Source: Octopus bimaculoides (taxonomy: Eukaryota). From it: a DNA stretch of 64,000 nucleotides. The position numbers and the translations under genes are program-made. The stretch covers positions 11,978,366 through 12,042,365 of the forward strand of contig NC_069001.1 in the NCBI RefSeq assembly GCF_001194135.2. Direction: 5' to 3'. This document shows positions 28,324 through 40,085 of this stretch, piece by piece (within the stretch, counting starts at the first letter, position 1; each line of letters begins with the position of its first letter). The notes under the pieces are model-generated. The model did not search any database and was not told the origin of the DNA. It saw only the letters and a list, made by a program, of their open reading frames with translations.

Positions 28324-28550
28324 AAATCCAGGTTATATATGTTTTCTAGCTAGCAGATCCTCTGATCTAATAATTGCTCAGCACGGGGTACTCAGCCAGC
28401 TTCTCATCAGGCCGAAGATCATTAACGACTATGGAAAGTTCATACAATTAATGTACCTTCGGCGTTATGAGTAGTTAAGTGAGTACCCTTCGTTGAGTAA
28501 TTATTACATCCAAGGATCTGCTAGTTAGGCGACATATGTAACCTGGATTT
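28324..28550. mobile_element. 227-bp foldback element / MITE
   Basis: Arms 28324-28433 and 28441-28550 are inverted repeats: 81/110 ungapped matches by manual count, first 10 bp perfect (AAATCCAGGT/ACCTGGATTT), 7-nt loop. No clear TSD. Confidence 0.8.
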
Positions 28551-28889
28551 CACCTATTACACTCCTTCTATCTGGATTTTTATTTGCATTCATAACAACT
28601 GAAGCTGCTAATCGTGTGTTATAAATTTTTTTCTTGAGCCTCTCGAACTTCGATATGCGCAGAGGCCACCAGTTTCGACGCCTATAAAATGTTATTGTTC
28701 CTGAACAATTTTATGCCTTCCACGGATTGCTCACGCTTAGATATTTGAACGATATAATGACATATGTACGATAGATATGTATGTTCAAATATAAATACAT
28801 AAGTGTAAATATATGTCGATATATATGGAGGTATATTTGTACACACACACTCATAGATATGCGTGTGTGCGTGTAAGTAACCCAAATAA

Positions 28890-29075
28890 ACAAGAAAACA
28901 ACATGAAAAACAACAACGCGAAAACAACAAGAAAAAACAACAACGCGATGACGTGATACATGCAAAATATTAAAAGTCGTTCTGGGAAGGAAAGAAAGGA
29001 TGTTTTACGTTTCGAGCAAAACTCTTCTTGAGAAGTGGTGACAAAGGAAAGTCCAAGAGAAAAGGAAGACAGAGG
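28890..29075. mobile_element. Penelope-type terminal repeat (second subtype), degenerate
   Basis: TTACGTTTCGAGCAAAACTCTTCTTGAG; the minus strand reads CTCAAGA-stem-GAAACGTA, a decayed minimal hammerhead layout typical of Penelope-like termini. Confidence 0.5.
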
Positions 29076-29107
29076 GATAAATCGCCAGCACTCCACATGT
29101 AGTTACG

Positions 29108-29200
<93 letters not shown>

Positions 29201-29210
29201 NNNNNNNNNN

Positions 29211-29258
<48 letters not shown>

Positions 29259-29487
29259 TAGAAGGTTTGGAGGTGATGTACAGGTATTATGTATTAGAAA
29301 AAATATTCAGGTCTTCAACGATCTGGCTGGTTGTACGTTTACAGATTTTTATTAATATGTCACATGTTTTTATAAATCATGTATTAGCGCTTACATCTAC
29401 TCTAATAGGTTCTTCATATTTGACGAATCTGAAGAAGTGGCTTGCATAGGTCCCAGTAGAAGAATCTGAACAAGTTGTTTGGATAGG

Positions 29488-29640
29488 TCCCAGTACTCAT
29501 GTTGTGCTTATTTTATCGACTCCGAAAGGATGAAAGAGAAAATTTACCTCGGCGGAGTACGAATTCAGAACATAAAGTTGGATGAAATATCTCTAAGTAT
29601 ATTTCCCAGATTTCTAACATTCTGCCAGCTTGCAGCCCTA
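29488..29640 (-). mobile_element. SINE family B
   Basis: TTATTTTATCGACTCCGAAAGGATGAAAG...CCTCGGCGGAGTACGAATTCAGAAC...TCTGCCAGCT. Confidence 0.8.
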
Positions 29641-29699
29641 AATCAAACGTAGTATTGACTACAAATGTGTCACAAGGCCTGTCAGTTCATAGTATGGTG

Positions 29700-29860
29700 T
29701 AAGTTAATTACATCGACCCCCGTGTTCAACTGGTACTCATGTTATCGACTCCGAGACATTGAAAGGTAAAGTCGACTTCGGCAGGATTTGAACACAGAAC
29801 ATAAGAAACGGGTGAAATGCCGCTAACCCGGCGTGTTAACGATTCTGCCGGCAACCGCCT
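29700..29860 (-). mobile_element. SINE family B
   Basis: TTACATCGACCCCCGTGTTCAACTGGTACTCATGTTATCGAC...AAAGTCGACTTCGGCAGGATTTGAACACAGAAC...GATTCTGCC. Confidence 0.85.
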
Positions 29861-29983
29861 CAAAAATCAAACAGAATATTGCCAAGAAAATTGGCAATTG
29901 TGGTATAAAAATGATGTAGACATCTGCGACTCTAGAATTTTATGACTCGTCTGATAACAGTGTGGTATTTTATTGTCCTTCAG

Positions 29984-30056
29984 AGAAAAGATATCAAAGA
30001 TTTTACAAATGACGACAACATCACGATCATCGGATAATATCGACAAACAGAAGTTT
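29984..30056 (+). CDS. Candidate plus-strand exon (EKISKILQMTTTSRSSDNIDKQKF)
   Basis: Strong acceptor TTTTATTGTCCTTCAG and donor GTAAGT; 73 nt; one open frame. No partner exon was identified. Confidence 0.2.
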
Positions 30057-30439
30057 GTAAGTATATAAAAGCATACATTTATACAAGCGATGTAGGTATT
30101 TATGATGAGAACACAAGGTTTGAAAATCCAACATGGCTGTTCGTTATGCTTTCCATGTGCGGAGAGATAGTTAAATTTGTCCTGATTATATATCTACCAT
30201 AGAGGTTACACATATTATATTACACATTGGTACTGTGTAGATTAAAACACCTGTTGGCAGGCCTCTGATATTAAATGAATTGTTAAACTGTTACTGTAAG
30301 GCAAATTAGTAGTCGTTCCACTTCACTGCAGCAACTGCATTTGCCCATTTGTTCGCCATGTTTTCATTCTACGGAGAAGTAGCTAAATTAGCCAAGGCTG
30401 TATGTCTACTACGCATGTTAATGATATGTACATGCATAC

Positions 30440-30505
<66 letters not shown>

Positions 30506-31856
30506 GTACGTATATATGTGTGTGTGCTTACATATATATTTACAAATATATATATGTATGTCTGTATGTGTGCGTGAGTGTGTGAGAGTGTGTGTATATA
30601 TATGTTTAGATATATATAAATATATGGACATATATATACATATCTATATATATNNNNNNNNNNNNNNNNNNNNNNNNNNNNNNNNNNNNNNNNNNNNNNN
30701 NNNNNNNNNNNNNNNNNNNNNNNNNNNNNNNNNNNNNNNNNNNNNNNNNNNNNNNNNNNNNNNNNNNNNNNNNNNNNNNNNNNNNNNNNNNNNNNNNNNN
30801 NNNNNNNNNNNNNNNNNNNNNNNNNNNNNNNNNNNNNNNNNNNNNNNNNNNNNNNNNNNNNNNNNNNNNNNNNNNNNNNNNNNNNNNNNNNNNNNNNNNN
30901 NNNNNNNNNNNNNNNNNNNNNNNNNNNNNNNNNNNNNNNNNNNNNNNNNNNNNNNNNNNNNNNNNNNNNNNNNNNNNNNNNNNNNNNNNNNNNNNNNNNN
31001 NNNNNNNNNNNNNNNNNNNNNNNNNNNNNNNNNNNNNNNNNNNNNNNNNNNNNNNNNNNNNNNNNNNNNNNNNNNNNNNNNNNNNNNNNNNNNNNNNNNN
31101 NNNNNNNNNNNNNNNNNNNNNNNNNNNNNNNNNNNNNNNNNNNNNNNNNNNNNNNNNNNNNNNNNNNNNNNNNNNNNNNNNNNNNNNNNNNNNNNNNNNN
31201 NNNNNNNNNNNNNNNNNNNNNNNNNNNNNNNNNNNNNNNNNNNNNNNNNNNNNNNNNNNNNNNNNNNNNNNNNNNNNNNNNNNNNNNNNNNNNNNTATAT
31301 ATATATATACATATTCATTCATATATACACGCAAATATAAACACTATGCACATAAACATACATACATATATAATACATATTATAATAAAGGAAACCTTTT
31401 CTTGTTTTCACTATGAGACGTATATATCGTAATTTTATGTATTTTCTGAAATCGTCTGCCATTTCTTTGATAACAAAAGCATTAATTTTGCGACAGGAAA
31501 TACACAATATCTTCACAATATGACTATGATATCCTTTTGTTCATTATCGTTTCTTTTGAAGATATTAAATATCTCAACATCTTAAGAATAACAGAATAAT
31601 CTAGCTTATATTTTATTCAATGTCTACGCACATACACTCACAGACATTCATACATATACATATATACACATGCACATATATGCATGAATAAGCATACAGT
31701 CATGCACATATGTGTTTATAAAGAAAAATATAACAACACGTGTGTATGTGTGTGTGTGTGTGTGTGTATGTCTATGTATGTATACATGCATACAGATACA
31801 GAATCACAAAATGTTTTGTATGCATGCAGGTACAAAAATATATATGTATATATGCG

Positions 31857-31900
<44 letters not shown>

Positions 31901-31935
31901 CATATATATATGTGTGTGTGTATTGATACACATAT

Positions 31936-31976
<41 letters not shown>

Positions 31977-32155
31977 NNNNNNNNNNNNNNNNNNNNNNNN
32001 NNNNNNNNNNNNNNNNNNNNNNNNNNNNNNNNNNNNNNNNNNNNNNNNNNNNNNNNNNNNNNNNNNNNNNNNNNNNNNNNNNNNNNNNNNNNNNNNNNNN
32101 NNNNNNNNNNNNNNNNNNNNNNNNNNNNNNNNNNNNNNNNNNNNNNNNNNNNNNN

Positions 32156-32275
32156 CTCTGTCCAACATGCATATATATATATACATGCATATATATATAT
32201 ATATACATCTCTGTCCAACATGCATATATATATATACATGCATATATATATATATATACATCTCTGTCCAACATA
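32156..32275. repeat. 53-bp tandem repeat (CTCTGTCCAACATGCATATA...), at least 2.3 copies, running out of a gap
   Basis: Unit starts at 32156, 32209 and 32262. Confidence 0.9.
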
Positions 32276-33335
32276 CATACATATATGTATATATGTATAT
32301 ATACATATGTGTGTATGCACACATGTTAGGATTCACATACACAATAGATACAAACGTACATGCACAAAGCAGTACACATCTACACATGGACATACGCGCT
32401 GCGTATTCCATGGTCACACACCTCCATTCAATGCAGGAAAATCACACTCTCATAGACATGTTCACTCGCACATTGTTTACGAGTCCACTCTTACACACAC
32501 ACATACACATGAATGCATACACAGATTACACACGCATACACAAAAGCACATAAGCACACATACATTTATTCATTTGTATTTCTAAGTACGTGTGTGTGCG
32601 TGCGCGCGTCTTTGTAGCAGACGACTTCTCTTGACACAGCTGAAGAAGTCGTAGGGTCTCTTGGCACATCTTTTTCCTGTCACGTCTATCCATCTCAACG
32701 TTTCAGTTCATTTTAATTCGAAGTTTTATATATATTGTTTTCATTTTTATTCTCTTCATCATTGTCATCTATTTTTTTTTTCCTCTTTTCCCTTTATGTC
32801 ACCATATTTGAATTGGAAACGAATGACGTAAACCGGATGTACACTGAAGGTGATACCTAAACGTATGACAGAAGGAAGCATTGAAAGTCTTCAAAAGCGT
32901 AATGAATACACACAAAACGTGGATGTTTAAACATGTCAGACAGACTTTCATCAAATAAGAGGCAATGGAAAATGGTCTCCTCTTTCTTAAAGATATTTGC
33001 AAAAATTACGTGATTTCTGTTCACGTGAATGTGGGAAGTATTAAATTGTTTAAGATGGTATCAAATACGCAGGTGTCAGATGATTGCTATAAAGATTGGC
33101 GTGTTGAGCGTAAGCTACGATGGTTTGTGTATGTGCGAGTATGTGTTTGTCTGTGTTGAGTATAGCTCTATGGTTCAAAGATCGCTTGGTAGTCACGTGG
33201 TTTTGGTTTTGGTTTTGGTTCTAGTTCCACTGTTAGCTCTTTGGAGGTCTCCTACTATAGCTTCGGACCAACAGTGGATGGCGACAGTCATTGGACTGAA
33301 ACATATAACAGAATAAAAGAATAAAAGAATATATG

Positions 33336-33366
<31 letters not shown>

Positions 33367-33749
33367 TGATAGAAATGGCAAGACATCAAAAGAATGAAAG
33401 AGACCTCGATATTATATAACTAGAGGAATGTATCTGTAAATATAATATGTGACAATTATTCGGTAATTTTAACATGGCTATCGAATAATTGCCACATATT
33501 ATATTTNNNNNNNNNNNNNNNNNNNNNNNNNNNNNNNNNNNNNNNNNNNNNNNNNNNNNNNNNNNNNNNNNNNNNNNNNNNNNNNNNNNNNNNNNNNNNN
33601 NNNNNNNNNNNNNNNNNNNNNNNNNNNNNNNNNNNNNNNNNNNNNNNNNNNNNNNNNNNNNNNNNNNNNNNNNNNNNNNNNNNNNNNNNNNNNNNNNNNN
33701 NNNNNNNNNNNNNNNNNNNNNNNNNNNNNNNNNNNNNNNNNNNNNNNNN

Positions 33750-33791
<42 letters not shown>

Positions 33792-33849
33792 TATGTATGT
33801 ATATATCTAAGTGCGGGTCCTTGTGCCTATGCTTGGATCCCAGTACCAC

Positions 33850-34017
33850 ATGACAATCGTTGTTGGTATGTTTACATTCCCTTATTTTAGCGGTCGGGCA
33901 AAAGCGATGGATAGAATAAGTGCTAGGCTTAAAAGCAGGGGTCGAATTCTTCAACTAAAACACATTAGGACGATGCTTCAGCATGGCCGCAATCAACTGA
34001 AATAAGTAAAAGAATAT
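33850..34017 (+). mobile_element. SINE family A, 3' part (a decayed 5' part may lie at about 33190-33320)
   Basis: TTAGCGGTCGGGCAAAAGCGATGGATAGAATAAGTGCTAGGCTT...CAGCATGGCCGCA...ACTGAAATAAGTAAAAGAATA. Confidence 0.7.
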
Positions 34018-37000
34018 ACGCGCAGGCGCGCGTGTTTGTTATAATGTTTGCCTGATGTAGATTAAATAGTGTAAACATTTTTTAATATACCTTACTCGAT
34101 ATACGTGCGCCAAAAAACGCTGTGAGTTTGGAACATTTAGTGAAGTATATAAAACTTTAGCACGTATTTTACTTAAAATCACAGCATATCTCAAAGCAAG
34201 GCGAAACGAAATCACCCCGGAAACGAGAGAGAGTTACATATGTCGATATTTCGCAGTCATTTCCACTCTACCGCTTCGACGTGCTTTTGTTAGCTTGATA
34301 TATACATGCAGATACTATAAAATATGTTTGTTGGTATGCAAATGCGTCTCTCATGTATTACGTTTACATTATTTAAGCTGCTCAAACACAAATTCGAATA
34401 TGCGGTTTTCATTTTGCAGCGCATTTCCACATCAGCAATTTGCTTTTACGCTATGTGTATACATATCTCTAGATGGCTGATACAGTTCCTTTCGTTGATG
34501 GATATGTTCTTGGCAATGAAGGGGGGAAAAAATGACCGCGAAGTAGCGATATCTTTAATTCTCTCTCACTTCAAGTGTGATTTTGTTTCGCCTAGCCTTC
34601 AGGTATGCTGCTCTGGTCGATCATGTGGTCGACCAGATTATCGAATATTGTTGTACATCGCTATTCACAGTGCTCTTTGCATCATTTTTATTTATCGAAT
34701 GAGGCACCTGGTTGGCAAGGGGAGCAAGCGAATATTCCCCCTCATCGGAATGCTACTTCGTAGAAGGGCTAACAATTTACAGCAGAGCGGACTAGAGTAA
34801 CAGGAAATGAAATGCTTTTTTTTTCTCTAGAACCAACTCAAATCCGGTCTGGAAATTGAACCCAAAATCTCACGACCGTGTGTATGCATTAATGTAGGTA
34901 GTAGTGTTTAATTAAGTGAATAAATAGGTTTCGTGTCATAAATATATTCTCGTCCTATGAGTGACACCAGAGTAGATAATGTGTTTAGATATACATAACA
35001 TGCATATATAAAAGAATGGTTATATTTGCAATATAACAGAATGTGTGTATAACTGAGTTACGTGTCTATAACTGAGGAATACGAATACAGAAGGTCGAAG
35101 GAGAAAATGAACGGTTAGCACCAAGAAAAAAAGAGAGAGAATTGAGTGCGTAGCTTAGCTCAATAGAGAAGAAGTCTGTCTGGGCATCGAACGTGTTTTA
35201 TTAAGTAAAAAAAAAATTTAAAAAAACAAACATAGAAGAACTCTGGTGACAATAGAGAAACAAAAGAGAAGTAAATGAAAATGCAGTAATATTTTTTAAT
35301 AAAAAAAGTTATTAGATTTGAATGTTCAATATTACATTTATAAATCCAATATTGAATTTGAAAATCCAATACTCCTGCTGAAATTGCTCATAATTTTCAG
35401 CGCGAAATGATGTTAGATATTATAAGTAGTAATTTGAAACAATGAAGTGTAACATATTCACAAGCATGATTCGAATCACATATTTTTGCTTACCATACAA
35501 CTTCGATATTGATTTAACGTTGGTAATTTTAGTACTTAATTTATAATCTGATTCTTCGAATTATATCTCTTGATAAACTTTTAGATCTAGGAAATCCACC
35601 TTTGTGTTTTGGACAAAATTATACACGAGCGGTGCCCTTGGGATTTTGCACGTCTATTTAAAAATTTACACATTTTTTGGACGTTATAACCATATGGTAT
35701 AGAGTCATCCTTTGAATAATGTTTATTTAGCGGTGAACATATATGAATAATGTATGCCCTTCTACACTGACAGTTATCTACAAAGTTCGTCCCTACATAA
35801 AGACGCCACCGCACTCGAGAAAATTATACGCACAACTATTCATAATTAAGCTTCTTTAAAATGTTGATAGAATAATCTATGTAAGTAAAAGCATAAAAGC
35901 AACGAGATATCAGAACGCCTGTTTAATGCATCACTGATATCGCATTTCTTTATTTTCTTCAGAAGCAACTCTTGGCAAATCAGAGAAAAAACATCGTGGC
36001 ATTTCTTCCTGCTGTTTCTGGTTCAAATGCCGCCGACGTCCACTTTGTCTTCCATCATTTTGGGCTTCCATCAATGAAAGCGATTAGTCCTTCCGCTCAA
36101 ATTCGTTCACCTTAACACAAAATTAAAAGAAGAATTATAGGTGTAGAATGTACTTGAAAAACAGCTTTATATGGAATGGAAGATGTAATATCTCTCTAAT
36201 GTAATTCTGCTATCATTGAAAAAGAAAGAAATAAAATTTAATGCACTAAAATACATCTTTGTTTTCCTCTAAGTAAACATTACTCATGGTTAAACATAAA
36301 TACGCGGTCGCTGTCTGTGACATACAGAGAGCCTATTCTATAACAAATAAAACACCACATCAGTGACGTATTTAACACGCATTCTATAAAAGATTTATTT
36401 ATCAGACACTTGTCTGTACGAATAATATAAATAATATTAATAATGTATCTCTACTACATAATGTCTTCGAGTTGCCTGGAATTATTGCTTTTCATATTGT
36501 TTTAAAACTATCTGTTTTTCCCCTATTTATGATGATTATTCCTGAACTTCAATTCAATTACTATCATTGTTATACATTAAATAAAATTAAGATTAATATT
36601 TCAGAAAGCCATCCACAGTAGTCTATATTACAATGTTTATATCGAGTGCACAACGACGTCATAAATTTAGCTGCATTAAAACGATAAACGAAAGACCATC
36701 GATTCAACAATGACAATATAGATGAACAACAAATGGTTTTAGAGTACGATTTGTTCTTTCTTTCCTTCGAAATATTCCTAGTGCAATGTTTCAAAATGAA
36801 ATAAATATCTTAGCTTCGATAACAACAAACTGCATTACGTTGGTTCTTCTTAAAAACAAATCATGATAAATCTTAGCTGAACGATTAATCGATATTATCA
36901 ACTGCATGTATTTTATAACACTATAAATCTTCAGTGGTTCGTGAAGGCAATTCTGTTTAATAAACGGAATCTTCCCTGTCTGCGATGGCATAGATAATTC

Positions 37001-38118
37001 TCGGATAATGTGTCGAGAAAGATTTCTCATCTATCTTAATATTATGAATCGTACTGCACCGGTATATTTATAAGCCTTACTCGAAGAATTAGATAGATAG
37101 TTCAATAAGTGAAAATCTATCACAATATAAACACGAAATTGGTTTCAAGACGCATATATATATCGTATTGACAAATATAAGTGACTGCACATGCAATCAT
37201 ATACGATGCATACGTATATGCACACACACACACACAGACACACATATATATCAGATAAAAAAAAATCTCAGAAATAAGAGAATATTACGAAGCTTGATGT
37301 AGACAAGAAATAATGCATTAAGTCAAACATTCAAGACACTACGGTGAAAATATGTAACGTGAAAAGAAACTTCAGCAATCAATGAATACGTACAATAAAA
37401 GTAAATAGGCTGGAGAAAAGAAAGAAAAGACATCCTAAAGTTTCCACTTATCTTCTTTATCACATTGGAAGTAAAGAATCGAGAGAAGCAAATGAAAAGA
37501 AAAAAAGAGTGTTTGTGAATATTTTAGACGAGTGGATAGGTGGTAAGTCCAGTGTAAAATGGTAGTTGATTAGTAGGCTTGTAAGACTGATAGCAGAGAT
37601 ATATTAACCAGGGATCTATCTATCTATTTATCTATCTATCTATCTGTATCTATATCTATTTATCTATCTATCTAGCTATCTATCATCTATCTATCTACAT
37701 ATATATCTGTCTATATTTTTGTGTATGTGTTTACTTGTCTATCTATTTAGACACACACACAGATGCACACAAACTTACACGTACACACTCATAATGGTAA
37801 CTCATTTTATTTCATAGTCTACGATGTTTTCACCGACAATTTACCAGAAGTTTATTACTGGAGTATTATTGTACAATACTCGAAGTAATACAGCGAATTT
37901 GTAATATCCCAGCAATAGTGAAAAATATCAACTCAGCTTCGTTACACACAAATTGATGAGTGATATATGTGGCCGAGTTTTATAAAGTAAACTCCAAATT
38001 TAAAAACCAGATATATTTAATACTTACATACATAAATACATAAATACATATGTACATACATATATGCTCACACACAAACGCACACGCACACACACGCACA
38101 TACACACACAAATATCTA

Positions 38119-39455
38119 TCTATATATATATATATAAATGAACATATATGTCTGTGTGTCTCTGTGTGAATCCCTAAAACTCCAGAACTACACAACCAAT
38201 TTCATTCAAGTTTTACACATGCCTTACTTAGGGTCCCGGTTGTGTTTCAGTAAAAGAAAAATTTACTTCTTGCATAGTTAGAGCCCACAGCAACATAATA
38301 TCTCCTCCACTATTTAAGTATTACGAGTCAAAAGTGAAACAAAGACACAAAAGTGAAGGAAAAATAACGACTTAATTTTTTTTATTAACCACACAGGGTC
38401 GAAACACAGAGGGAACAACACAAGGACTGAAAAAACACGAACGTGGACGAAAAATAAAAGCGAACGAAAAGAATGGTAATGATAAATTAAAAAGTGGAAT
38501 GACATCTACTCGAACACCACACTCCAGTTAACCGTCATTGAACAGTTTTACAAAAAAAAAAAATTTACACGTGATATTCTATTTTTCTCTCTTTCTCCTT
38601 GTTGTGTGTTGCTTGTTTTATATACTTTGTGAACGACTGACATGCAAGAAGTGTGAGTTGGCCAGTGTCAATACAAACTTTTATATTCATTTCCTTTAAA
38701 ACAATACATATTTACGGATTCATTACCACCGGATGATAATTATCGCAGAAGTTGCAAGGTAAGACATAAAATTATTTATCTCTCTGTAATAATTATTGTG
38801 GCATTTACCGTTCAATTTGCAGTTCCATATATGTGCTATTTCGTTCATTTGCTTATATTTCATAAATTTACACAGCATACAAAAATACGGACATAATATA
38901 TATTAACAATTGCTTCCAAAAATAGAGATTAATGTATATTTTTTCTATGTTCATAATTTTTTGTTTACAATATTGAAAAAATGTCACCAGAAAAAAAAAA
39001 AAAAAAAAAAAAAGACGTACTCCCTCCAGAAACACATCTAAAGCTAGGACGATTACAGAAAACAAAGGCGAGTGTCTCGACAGAGAAAAGAGACGAGTCT
39101 TTTTCAAAATCAGCAGATGCATTCCGCAGCACGTCAGTCTTAAGAGAGAAGGGAGATGAGATTTTCCCAGTATCAGCTAAGGCATGCTGTAATACTTAAT
39201 GCTGACTCATTAGAACAACGTCTAACACGCCAGATTAGACAGAGGTCCAATACAATAATCTCTCAGAAATAGATAACATACAAATTCGCTCTTTGCAACA
39301 CCAGGAGCTGCTTTCAGATATGACCCATGCTATTCCTATAATTCTGTACAAAATGGTGTGCTACACTCAAAATGTCGTTTCTGCAAAGCTTTCAAATTTC
39401 CAAATGAATCAAATGGCATGTGCTGCTCGGGCGGTAAGGTAAGATTGCAACCCAT
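38119..39455 (+). mobile_element. Helitron, 5' half (5' terminus, UTR and decayed RepHel N-terminus)
   Basis: A|TC-TATATA...AAATG..GTCTGTGTG 5' end. Broken ORF from 38981 (MSP.KK...), then AAFRYDP...CRFCKAFKFPNESNGMCCSGGKVRLQP (to about 39453), matching the CxxC...E..G.CC..GK..L zinc-binding motif upstream of Helitron Rep. Confidence 0.85.
38376..38470 (-). mobile_element. Antisense 3' tip of a LINE-like element nested in the Helitron
   Basis: Reverse complement TTGTGTTGTTCCCTCTGTGTTTCGACCCTGTGTGGTTAATAAAAAAAA matches the element end at 62614-62658. Confidence 0.6.
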
Positions 39456-40052
39456 TTCTAGAATGTACCCATTTACCTAGAATATCTCAATTACACCTAC
39501 ATTCATTTGACCGTCAACCATACGACGGGTCGTGTTAGACGTAGCGCTGACCGCCTCAAAGGAGGGTATTCCACTGAACTTTTTGGTGGGTTAGAGGGTA
39601 CGATTTGCATGGGTTTGCATGAAAGTTCTTCCTTTTCTTAAGAAGGATCGCAACCTATGCATTGTTTCATTGTATAAAAGTCAGTTTATACGATTTTGCC
39701 CAGATATCACTTTTCCCTATGGTCTCCACTGCATTTTTTAAAATTTGTAACTTTTTCGAATTTTTCTTTTTTGTTTTTTTTGTATCCACATAGAAATATA
39801 GAGAGATTACGAATCTGAGAAACCTATTTCAGTATGCACACTGATATGTATCGACAAGAGGAAGGTTCAGCTATAGGTTCGCTATTATCACTGATAATAC
39901 CCAATATATACATGGAGTATTTTTTATTCCATAACGTATTTGTATTAGCTTCTTGCAGGCAGAGCGTGGATTCGATCCTCCATTGCCAAATTTCACTTAA
40001 CACTTCAACAGCGCTTTCCTCACGGTAAAACAATAGTTTTCCTGTATGTATG

Positions 40053-40085
<33 letters not shown>

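Noticed and set aside
29393-29470. Minus-strand open frame SSTGTYASHFFRFVKYEEPIRVD with GTAAGC donor
   Set aside because: Overlaps the 34-bp duplication at a SINE junction, and its phase does not fit the exon chain.
32620-32652. Hairpin ACGACTTCT...AGAAGTCGT containing CTGAAGA
   Set aside because: Lacks the GAAA half of a hammerhead core; a 9-bp stem is not unexpected by chance.
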